From the IMG/VR virus record IMGVR_UViG_3300009169_000002: DNA of 20,000 nucleotides; one strand, written 5' to 3'. This DNA is from an uncultured virus (IMG/VR IMGVR_UViG_3300009169_000002). Its lineage: Duplodnaviria; Heunggongvirae; Uroviricota; Caudoviricetes. The position numbers were made by a program, and so were the translations under genes. The notes below the pieces were generated by a model. It searched no databases and was not told where the DNA came from. It saw only the letters and a list, made by a program, of their open reading frames with translations. This document shows positions 8,454 to 16,239 of this stretch, in pieces (position 1 is the first letter of the stretch; every line of letters begins with the position of its first letter).

Positions 8454-8876
8454 TCACGTCGCAGCTTTCGCCGGCAGCACAATCTCGAGCGACGGGGTTT
8501 CCGACGGCTTGACGATCAAGCACTGGTCGAACAACCGCGTCTGTTCCGTCGTGAGCTTGCGGTACTCGCGCACAGCGAGCTCGGGCTTGCGCACGATGAG
8601 CGAGTCGACTGCAATGTGCTGCTCGCGGAACGAGGGCGCGAGTGTGGTCAACGCTGCCTCGTCCACCTTGCGTTCAATCTTGTACGTGGCCTTCAGCGCA
8701 TACCCGTCCGGGAGCGTGAACGTGTTGGTGCCTTCGCTCGGTGTTGGGAAGTAGTGACCGAAAATCTTCTTCCGCAGCAGCACCTCGCTCGCTTTGAGCT
8801 TCGCCAAGTCCTCGTGCATCTTGTACCAGGCCATCAGGTCGTTGATGGTGACGGGGTTGTCGGGGAGTTGGGTCAT
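8454..8876 (-). CDS. Hypothetical phage protein (140 aa)
   Basis: ATG overlaps the MazG stop, GGAG RBS; N-terminal coiled coil, GTNTFTL..GY.LK motif. Confidence 0.75.
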   Translation of the reverse strand: MTQLPDNPVTINDLMAWYKMHEDLAKLKASEVLLRKKIFGHYFPTPSEGTNTFTLPDGYALKATYKIERKVDEAALTTLAPSFREQHIAVDSLIVRKPELAVREYRKLTTEQTRLFDQCLIVKPSETPSLEIVLPAKAAT

Positions 8877-9487
8877 TTCGTTTTCTCCACCGTAACAGTG
8901 AAGCCTGGGAGGTGTATTACGATCGGGTCCATCGGCGCGTCTGATGACTGCGGACCTCCTTTTGCAATTGCTTCCAGGATTGCGGAAGCGGGGAGCGAGC
9001 CCACAACCTCGCGCTCGATGGGTTCAATTGGTTCGGGCTGTCCGAAGAACTTGCGCTCGATGCCCGGCGCCTTGTCCGCTTGTGCGTGCGCCTGTGCGTC
9101 GCTGTACTTGCCGTCAGCGTAGCGCTTGCGCAGCTTCAGCACGTTCTGCGCGACCACCTCGTCGTCGGTGATGTCCAGCATGTTGAGCAGCGCTTGGTAA
9201 TAGAAGCGCAGGTCACCGAGCTCCTCGATGAGGTGCGCGATGTTCAGCGGCTTATTGTTTGCCCACACTTTCTTGGACAGGTCGAGCAGTTCGCCTGCTT
9301 CACCTGCGATGCCCGTGCAAGCGTGGTGCATTTCGTCCGCCACTGTGGGCATCTCTTTCATGAGGTGCATCACGAACTCGTGGTACTCGGGCAGCACTTC
9401 CTTCGCCATGGAGATACCGACGTCTTCAGCGTCGAGCTCCAAACGGTTATGCACTTCGGCCGGGACTTGGATCTTAAATTTCGCCAT
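8873..9487 (-). CDS. MazG-like nucleoside triphosphate pyrophosphohydrolase
   Basis: GIAGEAGELLDLSKK, EELGDLRFYY and NVLKLRKRY motifs. Confidence 0.88.
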   Translation of the reverse strand: MAKFKIQVPAEVHNRLELDAEDVGISMAKEVLPEYHEFVMHLMKEMPTVADEMHHACTGIAGEAGELLDLSKKVWANNKPLNIAHLIEELGDLRFYYQALLNMLDITDDEVVAQNVLKLRKRYADGKYSDAQAHAQADKAPGIERKFFGQPEPIEPIEREVVGSLPASAILEAIAKGGPQSSDAPMDPIVIHLPGFTVTVEKTK

Positions 9488-9514
9488 CTGCGGTCTCCCT
9501 GTTAACTGAAACGA

Positions 9515-9544
9515 ATTTTACGAGGTGCAACGGAATCACTGCAA
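9515..9544 (-). promoter_or_regulatory. Sigma70-type promoter TTGCAG-18-TAAAAT
   Basis: Intergenic, upstream of the MazG RBS; same -35 hexamer as the promoters at 5765 and 12227. Confidence 0.6.
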
Positions 9545-9547
9545 GCC

Positions 9548-11917
9548 CTATCCACCGTTGCTCGGGAACGCTTCGAGGATGCGGTAGCACTTACCGTGAA
9601 ACCCGTAGGCGTCGACCATCTTGTCCTTCTGCACTTCCATGACGTAACCGTTGTCGACCAAGCTGCGCATGACTTGCTTCGTTGCTTCCGTGCTGCCACC
9701 CTTGTGCGCTGTGAACGCAGGCAAGCGCTGGCACTTTTTCTGGATGAGCGAGTGCGGGAAGATTGCATTGTCGCGCATGGCAGGCGGAACCTTGTACCCG
9801 GGCGGCACACCGTTCAAGAAGTAGTCGCGTATGATGCTGACGACCTTGTTCTCGCGGCTCGTGTCGTCCGTACCGACGTCACCCTCGTCCAACTTGCGCT
9901 GCATGATACCGATGTCGCGGCGCACCACGAGCAGCGCCCACTCCAAATGCTCGAGGGTTATGCATGGGTGCGCGAAGTTGTCCCCGACCGCGAGCAACGC
10001 GCTGAGGCGCATTACCTTGAGCGACGCGCGGTTCCACATCTGCCGCCAGCTTTCGTCCTTGGTCTTGTTGATCTGCGTGTCGCACTCCTGCTCGAATGCC
10101 CACATGACTTGTGCAGCGTCCGCAGCAATGCTGACGGGTACGCTTTGGTTCGTACCGATTTTGCCCTGTGCAGTGGATGCCATGGCGCCTAAGTATTCGC
10201 TTACGACCTGTGGCGGCTCGCGGAGTTGGTTGCGGTTCAGTGCAGGTCGTTCGCCCGTGTACTCCACAATGATGAAGCGCGACAGGAACCCGTCCTCCAT
10301 CATGGACTCGGTCAGCGACGTGTAAAAGGTCTTCGGGGTCGTCTCGCCAATCATGCTGTACGCGACACCGCTCACGCTCTGGATGTTGCTGTCCTTGTTC
10401 GAGTACGTGATGCCACCGACGATCGCGCTCGGACCGGACTTCTGGTACAGGTCCGTCATTGTCCTGCGCAGTGTGGACATCGAGGTGTCGCGTCCGTCGT
10501 CCACAGCAAGCCGACGCAGCTTGTGTCCCCACTCACCGCACACGTTCACGAAGCATGTGTTCGCTGCGCACGCTTTAATGAGCGCAGGCCCGGAAGCGAA
10601 GTCGCTGAAGTCCACGAACATTTGGATTGCTGGCGAGCGTTGCGACGCTGCCTTGACTAGCGCGCTGACGCCGCTGTGCATTGCTTCCTTGCCGATAGCA
10701 GACTGCGCGACGAGGATCATGTAAATGTTCAAGCCGCTGTTCGGGATGTGCCACGCCTTAGCGCTCAACCCTGCAAGCAACCCCAGAGCACCAACGATTG
10801 CGACCTCCTTCACGGGGCGCGGTGCGCTGTCGTATATGAACTGCGCTAGCACGCGCGTGAACCCGGGCGGCCATGGTAACCCCTGCTCCCCTGCGATCGC
10901 GCTCGCAGCGCTAGCGGGTGCGGCAAGCGCTGCTGCGACCGGGGGCGGCACTGGTGAGGGTTCGGCAATGGTCAGCTGAGTGCGGCGCATGTCGCCGAGC
11001 GCACGCACGCTGCTGTCGATGCCCTTGACTTCCGACTTGTCCTCGTTGGCTTGGCGTGTGCGGATGGTAACGAGCGTGAGGTTGAGGTATCGGTCGTTCT
11101 TCTGCGACTTCTCCCGCTGCCCGAGCGCCGACTTGCGGAACAACCTGCGGCACTGTTCGTTCGACTTGCTGTAGAACGTGAACATGGACATGAGCGCAAG
11201 GTCCGCTTCCGACTGCGAAGGGTAGCCCAAGCGCTGCCACTCGCCGCGCCACAGCGCTTGGAAGTTCAGCGCGTTGTCTGCTGCCCAGGCGCGCTCCATT
11301 AGCACCTCGTCGGTGATGGTTGCTTCCACTTCCTCGAGCTTGATAGCGTCGACACGCTCACGCGCTGTGAGGTACATGGACGCGAACGCATTCACCCACT
11401 CGTTGCGCTCACGTATCGGACGGTCGAGCGCGATGTTACCCGTGCAGATAATGTAGCGGCCCGACGTGTACGCTTCGACGTTGTCACGACGGTAACCCTT
11501 GCTCAGCGTTGCACGGGTCCAGATGTGCAACCCCTTGCCCGACTGCGAGGTCTCCGCATACGTGTCGAAGTTCTGCGCAATCTCCCATATCCAATTGAAC
11601 TGGTCCGGGTGCGTCCACTTGGACTCGTCAATGGGTTCGCCTTTCTTGCGCTGCGACTCCGCGTCGCGCACGTCGAAGTCGATGCAGCAGTACGGGTCTG
11701 AGTCGCAGAGCACAAACCCCACACCATACCCCCGCTGCTGCGCGTGGTGAGCCGCAACCTCGAAGGGTAACCATTGCTCGGGGTTAACCGAGCTCGCTGC
11801 GTATAGCTGTCCGTGGGCGTCTACCGACAGAGGGGTCTTGTCCGGGGCTGCGATAACCCACTGCGGAAGACCTCGAAGCTCTGCGGGTATGCGGCCCCAA
11901 TTGGCCGCTGATGTCAC
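9548..11917 (-). CDS. Primase-polymerase (AEP Prim-Pol, NrS-1-like) fused to a DUF3987-like helicase/ATPase domain
   Basis: IPAELRGLPQWV, GVGFVL, IDFD and ETSQSGKGLHIW AEP motifs; SQSEADLAL helical domain; degenerate P-loop AQSAIGKE and DGFLSRF. Confidence 0.88.
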   Translation of the reverse strand: MTSAANWGRIPAELRGLPQWVIAAPDKTPLSVDAHGQLYAASSVNPEQWLPFEVAAHHAQQRGYGVGFVLCDSDPYCCIDFDVRDAESQRKKGEPIDESKWTHPDQFNWIWEIAQNFDTYAETSQSGKGLHIWTRATLSKGYRRDNVEAYTSGRYIICTGNIALDRPIRERNEWVNAFASMYLTARERVDAIKLEEVEATITDEVLMERAWAADNALNFQALWRGEWQRLGYPSQSEADLALMSMFTFYSKSNEQCRRLFRKSALGQREKSQKNDRYLNLTLVTIRTRQANEDKSEVKGIDSSVRALGDMRRTQLTIAEPSPVPPPVAAALAAPASAASAIAGEQGLPWPPGFTRVLAQFIYDSAPRPVKEVAIVGALGLLAGLSAKAWHIPNSGLNIYMILVAQSAIGKEAMHSGVSALVKAASQRSPAIQMFVDFSDFASGPALIKACAANTCFVNVCGEWGHKLRRLAVDDGRDTSMSTLRRTMTDLYQKSGPSAIVGGITYSNKDSNIQSVSGVAYSMIGETTPKTFYTSLTESMMEDGFLSRFIIVEYTGERPALNRNQLREPPQVVSEYLGAMASTAQGKIGTNQSVPVSIAADAAQVMWAFEQECDTQINKTKDESWRQMWNRASLKVMRLSALLAVGDNFAHPCITLEHLEWALLVVRRDIGIMQRKLDEGDVGTDDTSRENKVVSIIRDYFLNGVPPGYKVPPAMRDNAIFPHSLIQKKCQRLPAFTAHKGGSTEATKQVMRSLVDNGYVMEVQKDKMVDAYGFHGKCYRILEAFPSNGG

Positions 11918-12159
11918 GCGCGTTTCTCCCGCCTAGCTTTGAGCTTGTGCTCCCACGCTTGCAGGCAGGGCTCCGCAGCCGCTCGCTCCCACACGTAAAC
12001 CCCACCCCCGACGGTGATAGGGGCAGGCAGGTCGCCGCGCTGCTGCGCGAACGTCAGCGTGCAGTGCGCAACGTTTAAGCGCTTGCGTATCTCGAGCCCG
12101 GAGATGTACATGAGGTCGAAGCGATGCTGTGCAGCTTTATCAGGACTAGCCCCGGGCAT
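11914..12159 (-). CDS. AlpA/excisionase-like HTH DNA-binding protein
   Basis: YISGLEIRKRLNV...QRGDLPAPITVGG.VYVW pattern. Start placed at ATG 12159 because a promoter occupies 12198-12227. Confidence 0.65.
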   Translation of the reverse strand: MPGASPDKAAQHRFDLMYISGLEIRKRLNVAHCTLTFAQQRGDLPAPITVGGGVYVWERAAAEPCLQAWEHKLKARREKRA

Positions 12160-12197
12160 GATTATTCTCGTTGCGACCGAATGGTGAGGGGGCACGC

Positions 12198-12227
12198 ATT
12201 ATGTGGGGTAGCACACACAAGCTGCAA
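12198..12227 (-). promoter_or_regulatory. Sigma70-type promoter TTGCAG-18-CATAAT for the HTH/primase genes
   Basis: Intergenic; same TTGCAG -35 class. Confidence 0.6.
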
Positions 12228-12244
12228 GCGATTCCTTGCGGAAC

Positions 12245-12838
12245 TCAAGCGGGGCGAACAGGTCGCTCCGTCGCTTTCGCGCGTTTGAACTCGCTACGTG
12301 CTTCCTCGACGTAGCTGTCCCACTGCGCAAGCGCTTCCTTGCGCGCGGACACACGTCGACGCCACTCGATATTCCAGCCCTCAATCCACGCCTCCCGCGC
12401 TGCGCAGTCCTGCTCCCACGCCTCGAGCGCAGGGTTGCTGAGCACAGTCGGCGCAGGCTTGTCAACCTTTTTAGATTTGCGTCCAGGCTTGCGCTTGGTC
12501 TGGTCCTTGGTGTATCCTTCAGCATGGATTTGGAGCGCAGCCAAGGAGAGCACAACCTTCCCGCCGATGTACGGGGACGGGCGGTTCCAGCAATGTGGCC
12601 ACCAACTGAGAATGAACTCCTGCTGATCCACGGGGAGCATCTTGATCTCAGCGTACTGCTCCGCGGTCGGCCCCTCGGAACCGCCGCCAAACACAAACGC
12701 TTCGGGCGTGCTTGTAACGGGCGGGAGCTCGTTGTGCGTGATTGCAGCCGGCGGCAGACCCGTCGTGCCTTCTGGTAAATCATTCGGAGGCGCTCCGAGA
12801 TCAAACGGAACGCCGGGAGGCCTCATATCATTTGCCAT
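12245..12838 (-). CDS. Hypothetical protein (197 aa), Pro-rich N-terminus, basic middle, Trp-rich helical C-terminus
   Basis: Long ORF co-oriented with the replication arm; its start abuts the first repeat of the array. Confidence 0.7.
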   Translation of the reverse strand: MANDMRPPGVPFDLGAPPNDLPEGTTGLPPAAITHNELPPVTSTPEAFVFGGGSEGPTAEQYAEIKMLPVDQQEFILSWWPHCWNRPSPYIGGKVVLSLAALQIHAEGYTKDQTKRKPGRKSKKVDKPAPTVLSNPALEAWEQDCAAREAWIEGWNIEWRRRVSARKEALAQWDSYVEEARSEFKRAKATERPVRPA

Positions 12839-13026
12839 TTTTGAGATCCAATCATGGTTTGAAAATTTTGAGATCTTATCAGACTTTTTGAAAATTTTGA
12901 GATCTTATCACCTTTTTTCAAAATTTTGAGATCTTACGGGGTTTTTGGATTTTTGAGATCTTACGGGGTTTTCCAAATTTTGAGATCTTATCACCTTTTT
13001 TGGAAAAGTTGAGATCTTACGGGGTT
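12838..13026. repeat. Iteron-like array: 7 copies of TTGAGATCTTA at 27-29 bp period, candidate replication origin
   Basis: Cores start at 12841 (degenerate), 12868, 12897, 12926, 12953, 12980 and 13009. AT-rich, separated by A/T tracts. Confidence 0.9.
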
Positions 13027-13032
13027 CCCCGG

Positions 13033-13227
13033 TCAGTCGCTGCCCTCCTCGGCCGCCTCGGTCGCCCGGAGCGTGATGTCGTTGTGCCCTGCATCCTCGG
13101 CCTGCCGGCGCACCATGCGGTTCGCGTCCGTTTTGGACCGAGCACGTACCTGCACCACGTACCCGTCACGCTCGTCCCACGCAGGGTAACGGAACGTGAC
13201 CTTGACGTTGTATTTAAGCCACGACAC
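13033..13227 (-). CDS. Small hypothetical protein (~64 aa, MSWLKYNVKVTFRYPAWDE...)
   Basis: GTG start overlapping the end of the upstream ORF; exact start uncertain. Confidence 0.6.
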   Translation of the reverse strand: MSWLKYNVKVTFRYPAWDERDGYVVQVRARSKTDANRMVRRQAEDAGHNDITLRATEAAEEGSD

Positions 13228-13357
13228 GGCAGTCACTCTTGAGCGCACCAAAAGGGGCACCACCGCTGAAGCGGGACGCAAGCTTGTACAACCTGCTGTC
13301 CCCGATGTAGCGGTGCTCGAGCACAGTGTAAACCTGTCCACGGTACTTGACGCGCAT
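13214..13357 (-). CDS. Small hypothetical protein (47 aa, MRVKYRGQVYTVLE...)
   Basis: GGAGG RBS, ATG right after the upstream stop codon. Confidence 0.65.
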   Translation of the reverse strand: MRVKYRGQVYTVLEHRYIGDSRLYKLASRFSGGAPFGALKSDCRVVA

Positions 13358-13358
13358 G

Positions 13359-13574
13359 TTAGCAAACCTCCCGGGCGAACTGTTGCGCCAGCGCAACCCA
13401 CTCGTCAACCGAGAGGTCGCGCACGTAGCACACCATTTCGGAGCGCGTGTCATACAGCACCCCGTCATTGAACACAAAAAATTGATAACCCCTGCCACCC
13501 CGGAGGGTAACGTGGGGCAACCCCGCTGCGCGGATTGCTTTGTTAATGCGTGCAGTGCTTGACGTGTGTGTCAT
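13359..13574 (-). CDS. Small hypothetical protein (71 aa)
   Basis: Tightly packed in the minus-strand early operon. Confidence 0.7.
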   Translation of the reverse strand: MTHTSSTARINKAIRAAGLPHVTLRGGRGYQFFVFNDGVLYDTRSEMVCYVRDLSVDEWVALAQQFAREVC

Positions 13575-13576
13575 GG

Positions 13577-13843
13577 TTACATCCCGTTGAGCAAGCGTAC
13601 CGCGTCGGCAAAGCTGTCCGCCTCACCCGTGTACCCGCGACCCTCGACCCAAAAGTAGCCCCGGTCCTGCTGCTTGACCACATGGTCACCGCAGTTACGG
13701 TGCGTGACTACAAGGTAGTTCCCAAACAACCCACCCGAGCGCACGAGGCGCACGTTGGTGAGGTTGCGCATGTGGGCAACACCAACGTAGATGCTGCGGT
13801 CACCGCAGTCGACGCTGAAAATGTTGCTGTAGATGCGTGCCAT
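13577..13843 (-). CDS. Small hypothetical protein (88 aa, MARIYSNIFSVD...)
   Basis: TAAGGAG RBS and dedicated promoter upstream of ATG 13843. Confidence 0.75.
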   Translation of the reverse strand: MARIYSNIFSVDCGDRSIYVGVAHMRNLTNVRLVRSGGLFGNYLVVTHRNCGDHVVKQQDRGYFWVEGRGYTGEADSFADAVRLLNGM

Positions 13844-13868
13844 GTCGAACTCCTTACCTAGTGCAAGC

Positions 13869-13897
13869 ATAGTAAATCAGGATGCACGGTAGGTCAA
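13869..13897 (-). promoter_or_regulatory. Early promoter TTGACC-17-TACTAT with TGCATCCTGA spacer box
   Basis: Exact spacing, followed by leader and RBS. Confidence 0.8.
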
Positions 13898-13911
13898 GGG
13901 GTTTTCGAAAA

Positions 13912-14133
13912 TTATTCCGGCACCACGTCGACCCACACGTTTTGAAACGTGCTGTGGATGCGCTTGGTGAAAGCTGAAACGCGGCTGCTGTCCGGGAATG
14001 CAACGAACACACCCTTGTCACTGCAACCGTCCAACGTACCACCAAACTCCTTGACAATTGCTTCGAACTTGGTGCTCTCAGCTTTTGTGGGGAGGTTAGC
14101 GTGTTGGGTGTTGACGTGCGTGAGGGTTGTCAT
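13912..14133 (-). CDS. Small hypothetical protein (73 aa, MTTLTHVNTQ...)
   Basis: TAAGGAG RBS and dedicated promoter. Confidence 0.75.
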   Translation of the reverse strand: MTTLTHVNTQHANLPTKAESTKFEAIVKEFGGTLDGCSDKGVFVAFPDSSRVSAFTKRIHSTFQNVWVDVVPE

Positions 14134-14156
14134 GTGCATCTCCTTACTGTGCAAGC

Positions 14157-14185
14157 ATGGTAACGCAACCCAACCGGACGGGCAA
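14157..14185 (-). promoter_or_regulatory. Early promoter TTGCCC-17-TACCAT
   Basis: Exact spacing, A-rich UP region; leader nearly identical to that of the 13897 promoter. Confidence 0.7.
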
Positions 14186-14520
14186 GCTTTTTATTAAAGT
14201 TTTTATTTTATTTTGTGCTTGACGTAGCAGCACAATTCAGCTAATGCAGTTTTTTATTTTTTGGTGGTGCTAAAAATAGCCATTAGCACTGTTTTGCGAT
14301 TACCCCCGGCTATATGCCGCGCACGCTTTTAGAAAAAGATTTATGGCGCGGCATATACAAACAGGGTGTCCCTACTATTTTATTTAATTACTATTATTGT
14401 GTATAAGTGCTTGCTTTCATTGGGAGTTCTGTGTTATCCGCTGGATTTAACGCTGCTAATTGTAGGTCAAGCGGTCCACGGCACGCGCTAGCATGTGGTT
14501 ATCCATACGTCAAGCGCTTT
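14186..14520. other. AT-rich non-coding divergence region with three inverted repeats
   Basis: TTGTGCT/AGCACAA (14213-14235), GTGCTAA/TTAGCAC (14267-14289) and TATATGCCGCGC/GCGCGGCATATA (14311-14357). Transcription diverges from here. Confidence 0.7.
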
Positions 14521-14548
14521 GCAATTAAAAATAATTCGTCCAAACCCC

Positions 14549-14577
14549 TTGCATCCGGATTAGGGGTGCGCTATAGT
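14549..14577 (+). promoter_or_regulatory. Early promoter TTGCAT-17-TATAGT overlapping a TGCATCCGGAT box
   Basis: Exact spacing, AAAAATAATT UP element. Confidence 0.8.
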
Positions 14578-14687
14578 TTGTTCACGGTGGAGCTAGGGAA
14601 CAGGGGAAGCAACAGGGTGTAAGTCCTAAACGGCAACCCTCCCCAACCTAGCAAAGCCGCTGGACTAACACGTAACCGGAGCAGCAC

Positions 14688-14921
14688 ATGAACAACGTCA
14701 AAGCACCCGCCCACCTCGACACACTGGTCGTTTTTGAAACGCGGGAAGAGGACTACGAAGGGAACCTGCACTGCGCACACGGTAGCGATGGAAAGTTCTA
14801 CTTGTTTTACGAAGGGGGCACTTTTAACGACGGCAGCGACTACTTCCAGTTCAACACACTGCCCGAAGCGTTTAAGCGCGCAGCCGAGTTGACCGCCGAG
14901 CTTTTGGGTATTGACGACTGA
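14688..14921 (+). CDS. Small acidic hypothetical protein (77 aa)
   Basis: GGAG RBS, promoter upstream, terminator downstream. Confidence 0.75.
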   Translation: MNNVKAPAHLDTLVVFETREEDYEGNLHCAHGSDGKFYLFYEGGTFNDGSDYFQFNTLPEAFKRAAELTAELLGIDD

Positions 14922-14941
14922 ACCCTTGCAACATCCGGACC

Positions 14942-14968
14942 AAAGGCGCCTGAGGGCGCCTTTTTTTT
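14942..14968 (+). terminator. Intrinsic terminator
   Basis: AAAGGCGCC-TGAG-GGCGCC followed by T8. Confidence 0.88.
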
Positions 14969-14971
14969 GCT

Positions 14972-15120
14972 TTGCTGCACTGCGCTGTGAATAAGTCTGT
15001 TCATAACTCGCAAGGCGCGTCGATCGGGACAGTACCGGGGCGGACGTACAGGGTCACCCCTCAAAACGCACAGCGAGCTTTATAATGCGTTCTAGCGAGA
15101 ATGCAAGATGTGGACCAACT
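14972..15120. repeat. Copy A of a ~150-bp non-coding module with tandem DnaA boxes
   Basis: Aligns with 18334-18481 using one gap; TGTGAATAA at 14986 and TGTTCATAA at 14998. Confidence 0.85.
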
Positions 15121-15158
15121 TTGGGTCCAAAAATATCGAAAATAAATGCGAAAAGGGG

Positions 15159-15187
15159 TTGACGCACCCCTAGTCTTGATGCACAAT
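15159..15187 (+). promoter_or_regulatory. Early promoter TTGACG-17-CACAAT
   Basis: Exact spacing, AAAATAAAT UP element. Confidence 0.7.
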
Positions 15188-15234
15188 TGCGTCATGGTTC
15201 AGCAACGTGCTGCACCACCAAACGGAGACCGAAC

Positions 15235-15507
15235 ATGCGAACCTTCAACTACACCGGAACACTGGTCACGCGCTGCCGCACCACTGGTCACACCGATGCA
15301 TTTAGCTTCAGCGGGTTCACCTCTTGGGACGGTGTGGTGCGGGAGCTCAAGTCGCGCGTGCGCAACCCGAACTGCGAGCTGCGCAGCATGGTCGGTGTGG
15401 TCATTGAGGACTGCAAGCACGTCGACACGTTTGCCTACAATGCGGACGAGCTGCTGGAGCTCACCGGCACGGGGTCGCTCGACGTTGCGCAGTTCCGCAA
15501 GCGCTAA
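15235..15507 (+). CDS. Small hypothetical protein (90 aa, MRTFNYTG...)
   Basis: GGAG RBS before ATG 15235. Confidence 0.75.
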   Translation: MRTFNYTGTLVTRCRTTGHTDAFSFSGFTSWDGVVRELKSRVRNPNCELRSMVGVVIEDCKHVDTFAYNADELLELTGTGSLDVAQFRKR

Positions 15508-15527
15508 AAATAAATGCGTCCGGGGGC

Positions 15528-15556
15528 TTGACCTGCGGACGCATCCGGATTACACT
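15528..15556 (+). promoter_or_regulatory. Early promoter TTGACC-17-TACACT with GCATCCGGAT box
   Basis: Exact spacing, UP element. Confidence 0.8.
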
Positions 15557-15603
15557 GTATTCACGGTGGAGCAACGGGTTCCACCCAACCGGAGCAAAGC
15601 AAC

Positions 15604-15831
15604 ATGACCACCCAGACCCACGAACCGCACGGCACGACGTTTATGCGCAAGCTCAAGGGCCGCAAGCTCCAGTTTGCAATCGGCGGACCAACGCTTGCCG
15701 AAATTCAGCGCATGTGCATCGCGGGTCACGAGGACGTGTTTGTGTGGCAGGGTGACAACAGGCAGGAGGTAGTTTTCCGCAAGCTCGCGGACGGGTCCAT
15801 CGAAACGCTCAGCGACCGCTTTATCCCCTAG
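15604..15831 (+). CDS. Small hypothetical protein (75 aa)
   Basis: GGAG RBS, own promoter and terminator. Confidence 0.75.
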   Translation: MTTQTHEPHGTTFMRKLKGRKLQFAIGGPTLAEIQRMCIAGHEDVFVWQGDNRQEVVFRKLADGSIETLSDRFIP

Positions 15832-15872
15832 GAGGTGCAAGATCCAGACCAACCAAGCTCAATCCCGAGCGC

Positions 15873-15903
15873 AAAAGGGTCACTTCGGTGACCCTTTTTT
15901 TTT
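15873..15903 (+). terminator. Intrinsic terminator with UUCG loop
   Basis: AAAAGGGTCAC-TTCG-GTGACCC followed by T9. Confidence 0.9.
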
Positions 15904-15914
15904 GCCTAAAATAC

Positions 15915-15944
15915 TTGCCTCTACCTGAACTTTCGTGGTACAAT
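15915..15944 (+). promoter_or_regulatory. Promoter TTGCCT-18-TACAAT (extended -10 TGG) followed by GGTCCAAA
   Basis: TGGTACAATGGTCCAAA is identical at three loci. Confidence 0.7.
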
Positions 15945-16015
15945 GGTCCAAATGCGTTTCGGACGCGCAAGGCCCCGGATGCTGTGGGGCAGCAAAAATA
16001 AATGCGTCAAACCCC

Positions 16016-16044
16016 TTGACGTGTGGATGCATCCGGATTATCCT
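16016..16044 (+). promoter_or_regulatory. Early promoter TTGACG-17-TATCCT with palindromic GGATGCATCC(GGAT) box
   Basis: Exact spacing, UP element. Confidence 0.8.
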
Positions 16045-16082
16045 GTCTGCACTAGGTAAGCAGTTCAACAGGAAGTAACCAA

Positions 16083-16238
16083 ATGTCCACCCGCGCCATG
16101 ACCCTCCGCAACGTCACCGCCCTGCGCAACAGCCTTGGCAGCAAGCTGTTCGACCGCACGTACCGCTTCCTGCGCGAGGAAGCAATGCGCTCCTCGGACG
16201 GTACGGTCCGCACGTTTGCCATTTTCGAGGTGCGCTAA
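16083..16238 (+). CDS. Small hypothetical protein (51 aa, MSTRAMTLRNVTALRNSLG...)
   Basis: Manually translated; AGGA RBS after the promoter; fills the gap before 16240. Confidence 0.65.
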   Translation: MSTRAMTLRNVTALRNSLGSKLFDRTYRFLREEAMRSSDGTVRTFAIFEVR

Positions 16239-16239
16239 A

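Noticed and set aside
4036..9505. Long plus-strand ORFs (4036-4905, 4909-5688, 6000-6935, 8433-9122 and similar)
   Set aside because: Antisense shadows of well-supported minus-strand genes in GC-rich DNA; no recognisable motifs.
11914..12159. Prophage excision module
   Set aside because: The HTH is AlpA/Xis-like, but no integrase, att site or host genes are visible in the window.
12838..13026. CRISPR array
   Set aside because: Unit length is only 27-29 bp, and the intervening sequences are short, A/T-tract-like and repeated rather than unique spacers.
14465..14513. Additional minus-strand promoters from TTGACG and TTGACC hexamers
   Set aside because: No acceptable -10 hexamer at 16-18 bp spacing.
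14590..14665. Cobalamin riboswitch (GGGAA and GGTGnAAnTCC resemblance)
   Set aside because: The B12 box and the remaining helices are not evident, and the downstream gene gives no support; kept only as a generic structured leader.
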